From: Eledone cirrhosa
Lineage: Eukaryota
Reading direction: 5' to 3'
DNA length: 64,000 bases
Assembly (NCBI GenBank): GCA_964016885.1
Contig: OZ024744.1
Location: forward strand, 26,908,001-26,972,000
Shown: positions 26,801-40,500 of the stretch, piece after piece
Layout of the letters: every line of letters starts with the position of its first letter
Numbering within the stretch: position 1 is the first letter of the stretch
Program-made: the position numbers and the translations under genes
The notes under the pieces: generated by a model
Databases searched by the model: none
What the model saw: only the letters and a program-made list of their open reading frames with translations
Told to the model about the DNA's origin: nothing

Positions 26801-29800
26801 CAGTGCATGTGGTGGTAAGAAGGGAGGTAACCTTAGGGCCAGGGACACCAGACGTCTCCACTGCTACGGCTAGGCATCTCAGTGCATGTGGTGGTAAGAA
26901 GGGAGGTAACCTTAGGGCCAGGGACACCAGAAGACTTCACTGCTACGGCTAGGCATCTCAGGGCACGTGGTGGTAAGAAGGGAGGTAACCTTAGGGCCAG
27001 GCACACCAGAAGTCTCCACTGTTACGGCTAGGCATCTCAGTGCATGTGGTGGTAAGAAGGGAGGTAACCTTAGGGCAGGGACACCAGAAGTCTCCACTGT
27101 TACGGCTAGGCATGTCAGTGCATGTGGTGGTAAGAAGGGAGGTAACCTTAGGGCCAGGGACACCAGACGTCTCCACTGCTACGGCTAGGCATCTCAGTGC
27201 ATGTGGTGGTAAGAAGGGAGGTAACCTTAGGGCCAGGGACACCAGAAGACTTCACTGTTACGGCTAGGCATCTCAGTGCATGTGGTGGTAAGAAGGGAGG
27301 TAACCTTAGGGCCAAGGACAGCAGAAGTCTCCACTGCTACGGCGAGGCATCTCAGTGCATGTGGTGGTAAGAAGGGAGGTAACCTTAGGGCCAAGGACAC
27401 CAGAAGCCTCCACTGTTACGACTAGGCATGTCAGTGCATGTGGTGGTAAGAAAGCAGGTAACCTTAGGGCCAGGGACACCAGAAGTCTCCACTGCTACGG
27501 CGAGGCATCTCAGTGCATGTGGTGGTAAGAAGGGAGGTAACCTTAGGGCCACGGACAGCAGAAGTCTCCACTGCTACGGCGAGGCATCTCAGTGCATGTG
27601 GTGGTAAGAAAGGAGGTAACCTTAGGGCCAAGGACACCAGAAGCCTCCACTGTTACGACTAGGCATGTCAGTGCATGTGGTGGTAAGAAAGCAGGTAACC
27701 TTAGGGCCAGGGACACCAGAAGTCTCCACTGCTACGGCGAGGCATCTCAGTGCATGTGGTGGTAAGAAGGGAGGTAACCTTAGGGCCAGGGACTCCAGAA
27801 GTCTCCACTGTTACGGCTAGGCATGTCAGTGCATGTGGTGGTAAGAAGGGAGGTAACATTAGGGCCAGGGACACCAGAAGACTCCACTGTTACGGCTAGG
27901 CATCTCAGTGCAAGTGTAGGTAAGAAGGGAGGTAACCTTAGGGCCAGGGACACCAGAAGTCTCCACTGTTACGGCTAGGCATCTCAGTGCGTGTGGTGGT
28001 AAGTAGGAAGTAACCTTAGGGCCAGGGACACCAGAAGACTCCACTGTTACGGCTAGACATCTCAGTGCATGTGGTGGTAAGAAGGGAGGTAACCTTAGGG
28101 TTTGGGACACCAGAAGTCTCCACTGCTACGGCCATCATCTCAGTGCATGTGGTGGTAAGAAGGGAGGTAACCTTAGGGCCAGGGACACCAGACGTCTCCA
28201 CTGCTACGGCTAGGCATCTCAGTGCAAGTGTAGGTAAGAAGGGAGGTAACCTTAGGGCCAGGGACACCAGAAGTCTCCACTGTTACGGCTAGGCATCTCA
28301 GTGCGTGTGGTGGTAAGAAGGAAGTAACCTTAGGGCCAGGGACACCAGAAGACTCCACTGTTACGGCTAGACATCTCAGTGCATGTGGTGGTAAGAATGG
28401 AGGTAACCTTAGGGTTTGGGACACCAGAAGTCTCCACTGCTACGGCTAGGCATCTCAGTGCATGTGGTGGTAAGAAGGGAGGTAACCTTAGGGCCAGGGA
28501 CACCAGAAGTCTCCACTGTTACGGCTAGGCATCTCAGTGCATGTGGTGGTAAGAAGGGAGGTAACATTAGGGCCAGGGACACCAGAAGACTCCACTGTTA
28601 CGGCTAGGCATCTCAGTGCATGTGGTGGTAAGAAGGGAGGTAACCTTAGGGCCAGGGACACCAGAAGTCTCCACTGTTACGGCCAGGCATCTCAGTGCAT
28701 GTGGTGGTAAGAAGGGGGTAACCTCAGGGCCAAGGACACCAGAAGTCTGCACTGTTACGGCTAGGCATCTCAGTGCATGTGGTGGTAAGAAGGGAGGTAA
28801 CCTTAGGGCCAAGGACACCAGAAGACTCCACTGTTACGGCTAGGCATCTCGGTGCATGTGGTGGTAAGAAGGGAGGTAACCTTAGGGCCAAGGACACCAG
28901 AAGTTTCCACTGCTACCGCTAGGCATCTCAGTGCATGTGGTGGTAACGAGGGAGGTAAACTTAGGGCCAGGGACACCAGAAGTCTCCACTGCTACGGCTA
29001 GGCATGTCAGTGCATGTGGTGGTAAGAAGGGAGGTAACCTTAGGGCCAAGGACACCAGAAGTCTCCACTGTTACGTCTAGGCATCTCAGTGCATGTGGTG
29101 GTAAGAAGGGAGGTAACCTTAGGGCCAGGCACACCAGAAGTCGTCACTGTTACGGCTAGGCATCTCAGTGCATGTGGTGGTAAGAAGGGAGGTAACCTTA
29201 GGGCCAGAGACACCAGAAGTCTCGACTGCTAAGGCTAGGCATCTCAGTGCATGTGGTGGTAAGAAGGGAAGTAACCTTAGGGCCAGGGACACCAGAAGTC
29301 TCCACAGTTACGGCTAGGCATGTCAGTGCATGTGGTGGTAAGATGGGAGGTAACCTTAGGGCCAGGGACACCAGAAGTCTCCACTGTTACGGCTAGGCAT
29401 CTCAGTGCATGTGGTGGTAAGAAGGAAGTAACCTTAGGGCCAGGGACACCAGAAGACTCCACTGTTACGGCTAGGCATCTCAGTGCATGTGGTGGTAAGA
29501 AGGGAGGTAACCTTAGGGTTTGGGACACCAGAAGTCTCCACTGCTACGGCCAGGCATCTCAGTGCATTTGGTGGTAAGAAGGGAGGTAACCTTAGGGCCA
29601 GGGACACCAGACGTCTCCACTGCTACGGTTAGGCATCTCAGTGCATGTGGTGGTAAGAAGGGAGGTAACCTTAGGGCCAGGGACACCAGAAGACTTCACT
29701 GTTACGGCTAGGCATCTCAGTGCATGTGGTGGTAAGAAGGGAGGTAACCTTAGGGCCAAGGACAGCAGAAGTCTCCACTGCTACGGCGAGGCATCTCAGT

Positions 29801-32800
29801 GCATGTGGTGGTAAGAAAGGAGGTAACCTTAGGGCCAAGGACACCAGAAGCCTCCACTGTTAGGACTAGGCATGTCAGTGCATGTGGTGGTAAGAAAGCA
29901 GGTAACCTTAGGGCCAGGGACACCAGAAGTCTCCACTGCTACGGCGAGGCATCTCAGTGCATGTGGTGGTAAGAAGGAAGGTAACCTTAGGGCCACGGAC
30001 AGCAGAAGTCTCCACTGCTACGGCGAGGCATCTCAGTGCATGTGGTGGTAAGAAAGGAGGTAACCTTAGGGCCAAGGACACCAGAAGCCTCCACTGTTAC
30101 GACTAGGTATGTCAGTGCATGTGGTGGTAAGAAAGCAGGTAACCTTAGGGCCAGGGACACCAGAAGTCTCCACTGCTACGGCGAGGCATCTCAGTGCATG
30201 TGGTGGTAAGAAGGGAGGTAACCTTAGGGCCAGGGACTCCAGAAGTCTCCACTGTTACGGCTAGGCATGTCAGTGCATGTGGTGGTAAGAAGGGAGGTAA
30301 CATTAGGGCCAGGGACACTACAAGACTCCACTGTTACGGCTAGGCATCTCAGTGCAAGTGGTGGTAAGAAGGGAGGTAACCTTAGGGCCAGGGACACCAG
30401 AAGTCTGCACAGTTACGGCTAGGCATCTCAGTGCATGTGGTGGTAAGAAGGAAGTAACCTTAGGGCCAGGGACACCAGAAGACTCCACTGTTACGGCTAG
30501 ACATCTCAGTGCATGTGGTGGTAAGAAGGGAGGTAACCTTAGGGTTTGGGACACCAGAAGTCTGCACTGCTACGGCCAGGCATCTCAGTGCATGTGGTGG
30601 TAAGAAGGGAGGTAACCTTAGGGCCAGGGACACCAGACGTCTCCACTGCTACGGCTAGGCATCTCAGTGCATGTGGTGGTAAGAAGGGAGGTAACCTTAG
30701 GGCCAGGGACACCAGAAGTCTCCACTGCTACGGCTAGGCATCTCAGTGCATGTGGTGGTAAGAAGGGAGGTAACCATAGGGCCAGGGACACCAGAAGTCT
30801 CCACTGTTACAGCTAGGCATCTCAGTGCATGTGGTGGTAAGAAGGGAGCTAACATTAGGGCCAGGGACACCAGAAGACTCCACTGTTACGGCTAGGCATC
30901 TCAGTGCATGTGGTGGTAAGAAGGGAGGTAACCTTAGGGCCAAGGACACCAGAAGTTTCCACTGCTACCGCTAGGCATCTCAGTGCATGTGGTGGTAAGG
31001 AGGGAGGTAAACTTAGGGCCAAGGACACCAGAAGTCTCCACTGTTACGGCTAGGCATCTCAGTGCATGTGGTGGTAAGAAGGGAGGTAACCTTAGGGCCA
31101 AGGACACCAGAAGTCCCCACTGTTACGGCTAGACATCTCAGTGCATGTGGTGGTAAGAATGGAGGTAACCTTAGGGTTTGGGACACCAGAAGTCTCCACT
31201 GCTACGGCTAGGCATCTCAGTGCATGTGGTGGTAAGAAGGGAGGTAACCTTAGGGCCAGGGACACCAGAAGTCTCCACTGTTACGGCTAGGCATCTCAGT
31301 GCATGTGGTGGTAAGAAGGGAGGTAACATTAGGGCCAGGGACACCAGAAGACTCCACTGTTACGCCTAGGCATCTCAGTGCATGTGGTGGTAAGAAGGGA
31401 GGTAACCTTAGGGCCAGGGACACCAGAAGTCTCCACTGTTACGGCCAGGCATCTCAGTGCATGTGGTGGTAAGAAGGGGGTAACCTCAGGGCCAAGGACA
31501 CCAGAAGTCTGCACTCTTACGGCTAGGCATCTCAGTGCATGTGGTGGTAAGAAGGGAGGTAACCTTAGGGCCAAGGACACCAGAAGACTCCACTGTTACG
31601 GCTAGGCATCTCGGTGCATGTGGTGGTAAGAAGGGAGGTAACCTTAGGGCCAAGGACACCAGAAGTTTCCACTGCTACCGCTAGGCATCTCAGTGCATGT
31701 GGTGGTAACGAGGGAGGTAAACTTAGGGCCAGGGACACCAGAAGTCTCCACTGCTACGGCTAGGCATCTCAGTGCATGTGGTGGTAAGAAGGGAGGTAAC
31801 CTTAGGGCCAAGGACACCAGAAGTCTCCACTGTTACGTCTAGGCATCTCAGTGCATGTGGTGGTAAGAAGGGAGGTAACCTTAGGGCCAGGCACACCAGA
31901 AGTCGTCACTGTTACGGCTAGGCATCTCAGTGCATGTGGTGGTAAGAAGGGAGGTAACCTTAGGGCCAGAGACACCAGAAGTCTCGACTGCTAAGGCTAG
32001 GCATCTCAGTGCATGTGGTGGTAAGAAGGGAAGTAACCTTAGGGCCAGGGACACCAGAAGTCTCCACAGTTACGGCTAGGCATGTCAGTGCATGTGGTGG
32101 TAAGATGGGAGGTAACCTTAGGGCCAGGGACACCAGAAGTCTCCACTGTTACGGCTAGGCATCTCAGTGCATGTGGTGGTAAGAAGGGAGGTAACCTTAG
32201 GGCCAGGGACACCAAAAGTCTCCACTGTTACGGCTAGGCATCTCAGTGCATGTGGTGGTAAGAAGGAAGTAACCTTAGGGCCAGGGACACCAGAAGACTC
32301 CACTGTTACGGCTAGGCATCTCAGTGCATGTGGTGGTAAGAAGGGAGGTAACCTTAAGGTTTGGGACACCAGAAGTCTCCACTGCTACGGCCAGGCATCT
32401 CAGTGCATTTGGTGGTAAGAAGGGAGGTAACCTTAGGGCCAGGGACACCAGACGTCTCCACTGCTACGGTTAGGCATCTCAGTGCATGTGGTGGTAAGAA
32501 GGGAGGTAACCTTAGGGCCAGGGACACCAGAAGACTTCACTGTTACGGCTAGGCATCTCAGTGCATGTGGTGGTAAGAAGGGAGGTAACCTTAGGGCCAA
32601 GGACAGCAGAAGTCTCCACTGCTACGGCGAGGCATCTCAGTGCATGTGGTGGTAAGAAAGGAGGTAACATTAGGGCCAAGGACACCAGAAGCCTCCACTG
32701 TTAGGACTAGGCATGTCAGTGCATGTGGTGGTAAGAAAGCAGGTAACCTTAGGGCCAGGGACACCAGAAGTCTCCACTGCTACGGCGAGGCATCTCAGTG

Positions 32801-35800
32801 CATGTGGTGGTAAGAAGGGAGGTAACCTTAGGGCCACGGACAGCAGAAGGCTCCACTGCTACGGCGAGGCATCTCAGTGCATGTGGTGGTAAGAAAGGAG
32901 GTAACCTTAGGGCCAAGGACACCAGAAGCCTCCACTGTTACGACTAGGTATGTCAGTGCATGTGGTGGTAAGAAAGCAGGTAACCTTAGGGCCAGGGACA
33001 CCAGAAGTCTCCACTGCTACGGCGAGGCATCTCAGTGCATGTGGTGGTAAGAAGGGAGGTAACCTTAGGGCCAGGGACTCCAGAAGTCTCCACTGTTACG
33101 GCTAGGCATGTCAGTGCATGTGGTGGTAAGAAGGGAGGTAACATTAGGGCCAGGGACACCACAAGACTCCACTGTTACGGCTAGGCATCTCAGTGCAAGT
33201 GGTGGTAAGAAGGGAGGTAACCTTAGGGCCAGGGACACCAGAAGTCTGCACAGTTACGGCTAGGCATCTCAGTGCATGTGGTGGTAAGAACGAAGTAACC
33301 TTAGGGCCAGGGACACCAGAAGACTCCACTGTTACGGCTAGACATCTCAGTGCATGTGGTGGTAAGAAGGGAGGTAACCTTAGGGTTTGGGACACCAGAA
33401 GTCTGCACTGCTACGGCCAGGCATCTCAGTGCATGTGGTGGTAAGAAGGGAGGTAACCATAGGGCCAGGGACACCAGACGTCTCCACTGCTACGGCTAGG
33501 CATCTCAGTGCATGTGGTGGTAAGAAGGGAGGTAACCTTAGGGCCAGGGACACCAGAAGTCTCCACTGCTACGGCTAGGCATCTCAGTGCATGTGGTGGT
33601 AAGAAGGGAGCTAACATTAGGGCCAGGGACACCAGAAGACTCCACTGTTACGGCTAGGCATCTCAGTGCATGTGGTGGTAAGAAGGGAGGTAACCTTAGG
33701 GCCAAGGACACCAAAAGTTTCCACTGCTACCGCTAGGCATCTCAGTGCATGTGGTGGTAAGGAGGGGGGTAAACTTAGGGCCAAGGACACCAGAAGTCTC
33801 CACTGTTACGGCTAGGCATCTCAGTGCATGTGGTGGTAAGAAGGGAGGTAACCTTAGGGCCAAGGACACCAGAAGTCCCCACTGCTACGGCTAGGCATCT
33901 CAGGGCACGTGGTGGTAAGAAGGGAGGTAACCTTAGGGCCAGGCACACCAGAAATCTCCACTGTTACGGCTAGGCATCTCAGTGCATGTGGTGGTAAGAA
34001 GGGAGGTAACCTTAGGGCAGGGACACCAGAAGTCTCCACTGTTACGGCTAGGCATGTCAGTGCATGTGGTGGTAAGAAGGGAGGTAACCTTAGGGCCAGG
34101 GACACCAGACGTCTCCACTGCTACGGCTAGGCATCTCAGTGCATGTGGTGGTAAGAAGGGAGGTAACCTTAGGGCCAGGGACACCAGAAGACTTCACTGT
34201 TACGGCTAGGCATCTCAGTGCATGTGGTGGTAAGAAGGGAGGTAACCTTAGGGCCAAGGACAGCAGAAGTCTCCACTGCTACGGCGAGGCATCTCAGTGC
34301 ATGTGGTTGTAAGAAGGGAGGTAACCTTAGGGCCAAGGACACCAGAAGCCTCCACTGTTACGACTAGGCATGTCAGTGCATGTGGTGGTAAGAAAGCAGG
34401 TAACCTTAGGGCCAGGGACACCAGAAGTCTCCACTGCTACGGCGAGGCATCTCAGTGCATGTGGTGGTAAGAAGGGAGGTAACCTTAGGGCCACGGACAG
34501 CAGAAGTCTCCACTGCTACGGCGAGGCATCTCAGTGCATGTGGTGGTAAGAAAGGAGGTAACCTTAGGGCCAAGGACACCAGAAGCCTCCACTGTTACGA
34601 CTAGGCATGTCAGTGCATGTGGTGGTAAGAAAGCAGGTAACCTTAGGGCCAGGGACACCAGAAGTCTCCACTGCTACGGCGAGGCATCTCAGTGCATGTG
34701 GTGGTAAGAAGGGAGGTAACCTTAGGGCCAGGGACTCCAGAAGTCTCCACTGTTACGGCTAGGCATGTCAGTGCATGTGGTGGTAAGAAGGGAGGTAACA
34801 TTAGGGCCAGGGACACCAGAAGACTCCACTGTTACGGCTAGGCATCTCAGTGCAAGTGTAGGTAAGAAGGGAGGTAACCTTAGGGCCAGGGACACCAGAA
34901 GTCTCCACTGTTACGGCTAGGCATCTCAGTGCGTGTGGTGGTAAGAAGGAAGTAACCTTAGGGCCAGGGACACCAGAAGACTCCACTGTTACGGCTAGAC
35001 ATCTCAGTGCATGTGGTGGTAAGAAGGGAGGTAACCTTAGGGTTTGGGACACCAGAAGTCTCCACTGCTACGGCCATCATCTCAGTGCATGTGGTGGTAA
35101 GAAGTTGAGGTAACCTTAGGGCCAGGGACACCAGACGTCTCCACTGCTACGGCTAGGCATCTCAGTGCAAGTGTAGGTAAGAAGGGAGGTAACCTTAGGG
35201 CCAGGGACACCAGAAGTCTCCACTGTTACGGCTAGGCATCTCAGTGCGTGTGGTGGTAAGAAGGAAGTAACCTTAGGGCCAGGGACACCAGAAGACTCCA
35301 CTGTTACGGCTAGACATCTCAGTGCATGTGGTGGTAAGAATGGAGGTAACCTTAGGGTTTGGGACACCAGAAGTCTCCACTGCTACGGCTAGGCATCTCA
35401 GTGCATGTGGTGGTAAGAAGGGAGGTAACCTTAGGGCCAGGGACACCAGAAGTCTCCACTGTTACGGCTAGGCATCTCAGTGCATGTGGTGGTAAGAAGG
35501 GAGGTAACATTGGGGCCAGGGACACCAGAAGACTCCACTGTTACGGCTAGGCATCTCAGTGCATGTGGTGGTAAGAAGGGAGGTAACCTTAGGGCCAGGG
35601 ACACCAGAAGTCTCCACTGTTACGGCCAGGCATCTCAGTGCATGTGGTGGTAAGAAGGGGGTAACCTCAGGGCCAAGGACACCAGAAGTCTGCACTGTTA
35701 CGGCTAGGCATCTCAGTGCATGTGGTGGTAAGAAGGGAGGTAACCTTAGGACCAAGGACACCAGAAGACTCCACTGTTACGGCTAGGCATCTCGGTGCAT

Positions 35801-37197
35801 GTGGTGGTAAGAAGGGAGGTAACCTTAGGGCCAAGGACACCAGAAGTTTCCACTGCTACCGCTAGGCATCTCAGTGCATGTGGTGGTAACGAGGGAGGTA
35901 AACTTAGGGCCAGGGACACCAGAAGTCTCCACTGTTACGGCTAGGCATCTCAGTGCATGTGGTGGTAAGAAGGGAGGTAACCTTAGGGCCAAGGACACCA
36001 GAAGTCTCCACTGTTACGTCTAGGCATCTCAGTGCATGTGGTGGTAAGAAGGGAGGTAACCTTAGGGCCAGGCACACCAGAAGTCGTCACTGTTACGGCT
36101 AGGCATCTCAGTGCATGTGGTGGTAAGAAGGGAGGTAACCTTAGGGCCAGAGACACCAGAAGTCTCGACTGCTAAGGCTAGGCATCTCAGTGCATGTGGT
36201 GGTAAGAAGGGAAGTAACCTTAGGGCCAGGGACACCAGAAGTCTCCACAGTTACGGCTAGGCATGTCAGTGCATGTGGTGGTAAGATGGGAGGTAACCTT
36301 AGGGCCAGGGACACCAGAAGTCTCCACTGTTACGGCTAGGCATCTCAGTGCATGTGGTGGTAAGAAGGGAGGTAACCTTAGGGCCAGGGACACCAAAAGT
36401 CTCCACTGTTACGGCTAGGCATCTCAGTGCATGTGGTGGTAAGAAGGAAGTAACCTTAGGGCCAGGGACACCAGAAGACTCCACTGTTACGGCTAGGCAT
36501 CTCAGTGCATGTGGTGGTAAGAAGGGAGGTAACCTTAGGGTTTGGGACACCAGAAGTCTCCACTGCTACGGCCAGGCATCTCAGTGCATTTGGTGGTAAG
36601 AAGGGAGGTAACCTTAGGGCCAGGGACACCAGACGTCTCCACTGCTACGGTTAGGCATCTCAGTGCATGTGGTGGTAAGAAGGGAGGTAACCTTAGGGCC
36701 AGGGACACCAGAAGACTTCACTGTTACGGCTAGGCATCTCAGTGCATGTGGTGGTAAGAAGGGAGGTAACCTTAGGGCCAAGGACAGCAGAAGTCTCCAC
36801 TGCTACGGCGAGGCATCTCAGTGCATGTGGTGGTAAGAAAGGAGGTAACCTTAGGGCCAAGGACACCAGAAGCCTCCACTGTTAGGACTAGGCATGTCAG
36901 TGCATGTGGTGGTAAGAAAGCAGGTAACCTTAGGGCCAGGGACACCAGAAGTCTCCACTGCTACGGCGAGGCATCTCAGTGCATGTGGTGGTAAGAAGGG
37001 AGGTAACCTTAGGGCCACGGACAGCAGAAGTCTCCACTGCTACGGCGAGGCATCTCAGTGCATGTGGTGGTAAGAAAGGAGGTAACCTTAGGGCCAAGGA
37101 CACCAGAAGCCTCCACTGTTACGACTAGGTATGTCAGTGCATGTGGTGGTAAGAAAGCAGGTAACCTTAGGGCCAGGGACACCAGAAGTCTCCACTG
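13969..37197 (+). repeat. Near-perfect tandem duplication with period 11,595 bp (about 147 monomers)
   Basis: ORF-track entries from 14141 to 24947 recur at exactly +11,595 (14141/25736, 15002/26597, 18723/30318, 23882/35477, 24947/36542). Rare variants are shared (ACACTACAAG, CTTAAGGTTT, AAGAACGAAG, AAGTTGAGG, CATTGGGG). One difference noticed: G19921 vs C31516. Confidence 0.95.
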
Positions 37198-37560
37198 CTA
37201 CGGCGAGGCATCTCAGTGCATGTGGTGGTAAGAAGGGAGGTAACCTTAGGGCCAGGAACTCCAGAAGTCTCCACTGTTACGGCTAGGCATGTCAGTGCAT
37301 GTGGTGGTAAGAAGGGAGGTAACATTAGGGCCAGGGACACTACAAGACTCCACTGTTACGGCTAGGCATCTCAGTGCAAGTGGTGGTAAGAAGGGAGGTA
37401 ACCTTAGGGCCAGGGACACCAGAAGTCTGCACAGTTACGGCTAGGCATCTCAGTGCATGTGGTGGTAAGAAGGAAGTAACCTTAGGGCCAGGGACACCAG
37501 AAGACTCCACTGTTACGGCTAGACATCTCAGTGCATGTGGTGGTAAGAAGGGAGGTAACC

Positions 37561-40500
37561 TTAGGGTTTGGGACACCAGAAGTCTGCACTGCTACGGCCA
37601 GGCATCTCAGTGCATGTGGTGGTAAGAAGGGAGGTAACCTTAGGGCCAGGGACACCAGACGTCTCCACTGCTACGGCTAGGCATCTCAGTGCATGTGGTG
37701 GTAAGAAGGGAGGTAACCTTAGGGCCAGGGACACCAGAAGTCTCCACTGCTACGGCTAGGCATCTCAGTGCATGTGGTGGTAAGAAGGGAGGTAACCATA
37801 GGGCCAGGGACACCAGAAGTCTCCACTGTTACAGCTAGGCATCTCAGTGCATGTGGTGGTAAGAAGGGAGCTAACATTAGGGCCAGGGACACCAGAAGAC
37901 ACCACTGTTACGGCTAGGCATCTCAGTGCATGTGGTGGTAAGAAGGGAGGTAACCTTAGGGCCAAGGACACCAGAAGTTTCCACTGCTACCGCTAGGCAT
38001 CTCAGTGCATGTGGTGGTAAGGAGGGAGGTAAACTTAGGGCCAAGGACACCAGAAGTCTCCACTGTTACGGCTAGGCATCTCAGTGCATGTGGTGGTAAG
38101 AAGGGAGGTAACCTTAGGGCCAAGGACACCAGAAGTCCCCACTGCTACGGCTAGGCATCTCAGGGCACGTGGTGGTAAGAAGGGAGGTAACCTTAGGGCC
38201 AGGCACACCAGAAGTCTCCACTGTTACGGCTAGGCATCTCAGTGCATGTGGTGGTAAGAAGGGAGGTAACCTTAGGGCCAGGGACACCAGACGTCTCCAC
38301 TGCTACGGCTAGGCATCTCAGTGCAAGTGTAGGTAAGAAGGGAGGTAAACTTAGGGCCAGGGACACCAGAAGTCTCCACTGTTACGGCTAGGCATCTCAG
38401 TGCGTGTGGTGGTAAGAAGGAAGTAACCTTAGGGCCAGGGACACCAGAAGACTCCACTGTTACGGCTAGACATCTCAGTGCATGTGGTGGTAAGAATGGA
38501 GGTAACCTTAGGGTTTGGGACACCAGAAGTCTCCACTGCTACGGCTAGGCATCTCAGTGCATGTGGTGGTAAGAAGGGAGGTAACCTTAGGGCCAGGGAC
38601 ACCAGAAGTCTCCACTGTTACGGCTAGGCATCTCAGTGCATGTGGTGGTAAGAAGGGAGGTAACATTAGGGCCAGGGACACCAGAAGACTCCACTGTTAC
38701 GGCTAGGCATCTCAGTGCATGTGGTGGTAAGAAGGGAGGTAACCTTAGGGCCAGGGACACCAGAAGTCTCCACTGTTACGGCCAGGCATCTCAGTGCATG
38801 TGGTGGTAAGAAGGGGGTAACCTCAGGGCCAAGGACACCAGAAGTCTGCACTGTTACGGCTAGGCATCTCAGTGCATGTGGTGGTAAGAAGGGAGGTAAC
38901 CTTAGGGCCAAGGACACCAGAAGACTCCACTGTTACGGCTAGGCATCTCGGTGCATGTGGTGGTAAGAAGGGAGGTAACCTTAGGGCCAAGGACACCAGA
39001 AGTTTCCACTGCTACCGCTAGGCATCTCAGTGCATGTGGTGGTAACGAGGGAGGTAAACTTAGGGCCAGGGACACCAGAAGTCTCCACTGCTACGGCTAG
39101 GCATCTCAGTGCATGTGGTGGTAAGAAGGGAGGTAACCTTAGGGCCAAGGACACCAGAAGACTCCACTGTTACGGCTAGACATCTCAGTGCATGTGGTGG
39201 TAAGAAGGGAGGTAACCTTAGGGTTTGGGACACCAGAAGTCTGCACTGCTACGGCCAGGCATCTCAGTGCATGTGGTGGTAAGAAGGGAGGTAACCTTAG
39301 GGCCAGGGACACCAGACGTCTCCACTGCTACGGCTAGGCATCTCAGTGCATGTGGTGGTAAGAAGGGAGGTAACCTTAGGGCCAGGGACACCAGAAGTCT
39401 CCACTGCTACGGCTAGGCATCTCAGTGCATGTGGTGGTAAGAAGGGAGGTAACCATAGGGCCAGGGACACCAGAAGTCTCCACTGTTACAGCTAGGCATC
39501 TCAGTGCATGTGGTGGTAAGAAGGGAGCTAACATTAGGGCCAGGGACACCAGAAGACTCCACTGTTACGGCTAGGCATCTCAGTGCATGTGGTGGTAAGA
39601 AGGGAGGTAACCTTAGGGCCAAGGACACCAGAAGTTTCCACTGCTACCGCTAGGCATCTCAGTGCATGTGGTGGTAAGGAGGGAGGTAAACTTAGGGCCA
39701 AGGACACCAGAAGTCTCCACTGTTACGGCTAGGCATCTCAGTGCATGTGGTGGTAAGAAGGGAGGTAACCTTAGGGCCAAGGACACCAGAAGTCCCCACT
39801 GCTACGGCTAGGCATCTCAGGGCACGTGGTGGTAAGAAGGGAGGTAACCTTAGGGCCAGGCACACCAGAAGTCTCCACTGTTACGGCTAGGCATCTCAGT
39901 GCATGTGGTGGTAAGAAGGGAGGTAACCTTAGGGCAGGGACACCAGAAGTCTCCACTGTTACGGCTAGGCATGTCAGTGCATGTGGTGGTAAGAAGGGAG
40001 GTAACCTTAGGGCCAGGGACACCAAAAGTCTCCACTGCTACGGCTAGGCATCTCAGTGCATGTGGTGGTAAGAAGGGAGGTAACCTTAGGGCCAAGGACA
40101 GCAGAAGTCTCCACTGCTACGGCGAGGCATCTCAGTGCATGTGGTGGTAAGAAAGGAGGTAACCTTAGGGCCAAGGACACCAGAAGCCTCCACTGTTAGG
40201 ACTAGGCATGTCAGTGCATGTGGTGGTAAGAAAGCAGGTAACCTTAGGGCCAGGGACACCAGAAGTCTCCACTGCTACGGCGAGGCATCTCAGTGCATGT
40301 GGTGGTAAGAAGGGAGGTAACCTTAGGGCCACGGACAGCAGAAGTCTCCACTGCTACGGCGAGGCATCTCAGTGCATGTGGTGGTAAGAAAGGAGGTAAC
40401 CTTAGGGCCAAGGACACCAGAAGCCTCCACTGTTACGACTAGGTATGTCAGTGCATGTGGTGGTAAGAAAGCAGGTAACCTTAGGGCCAGGGACACCAGA

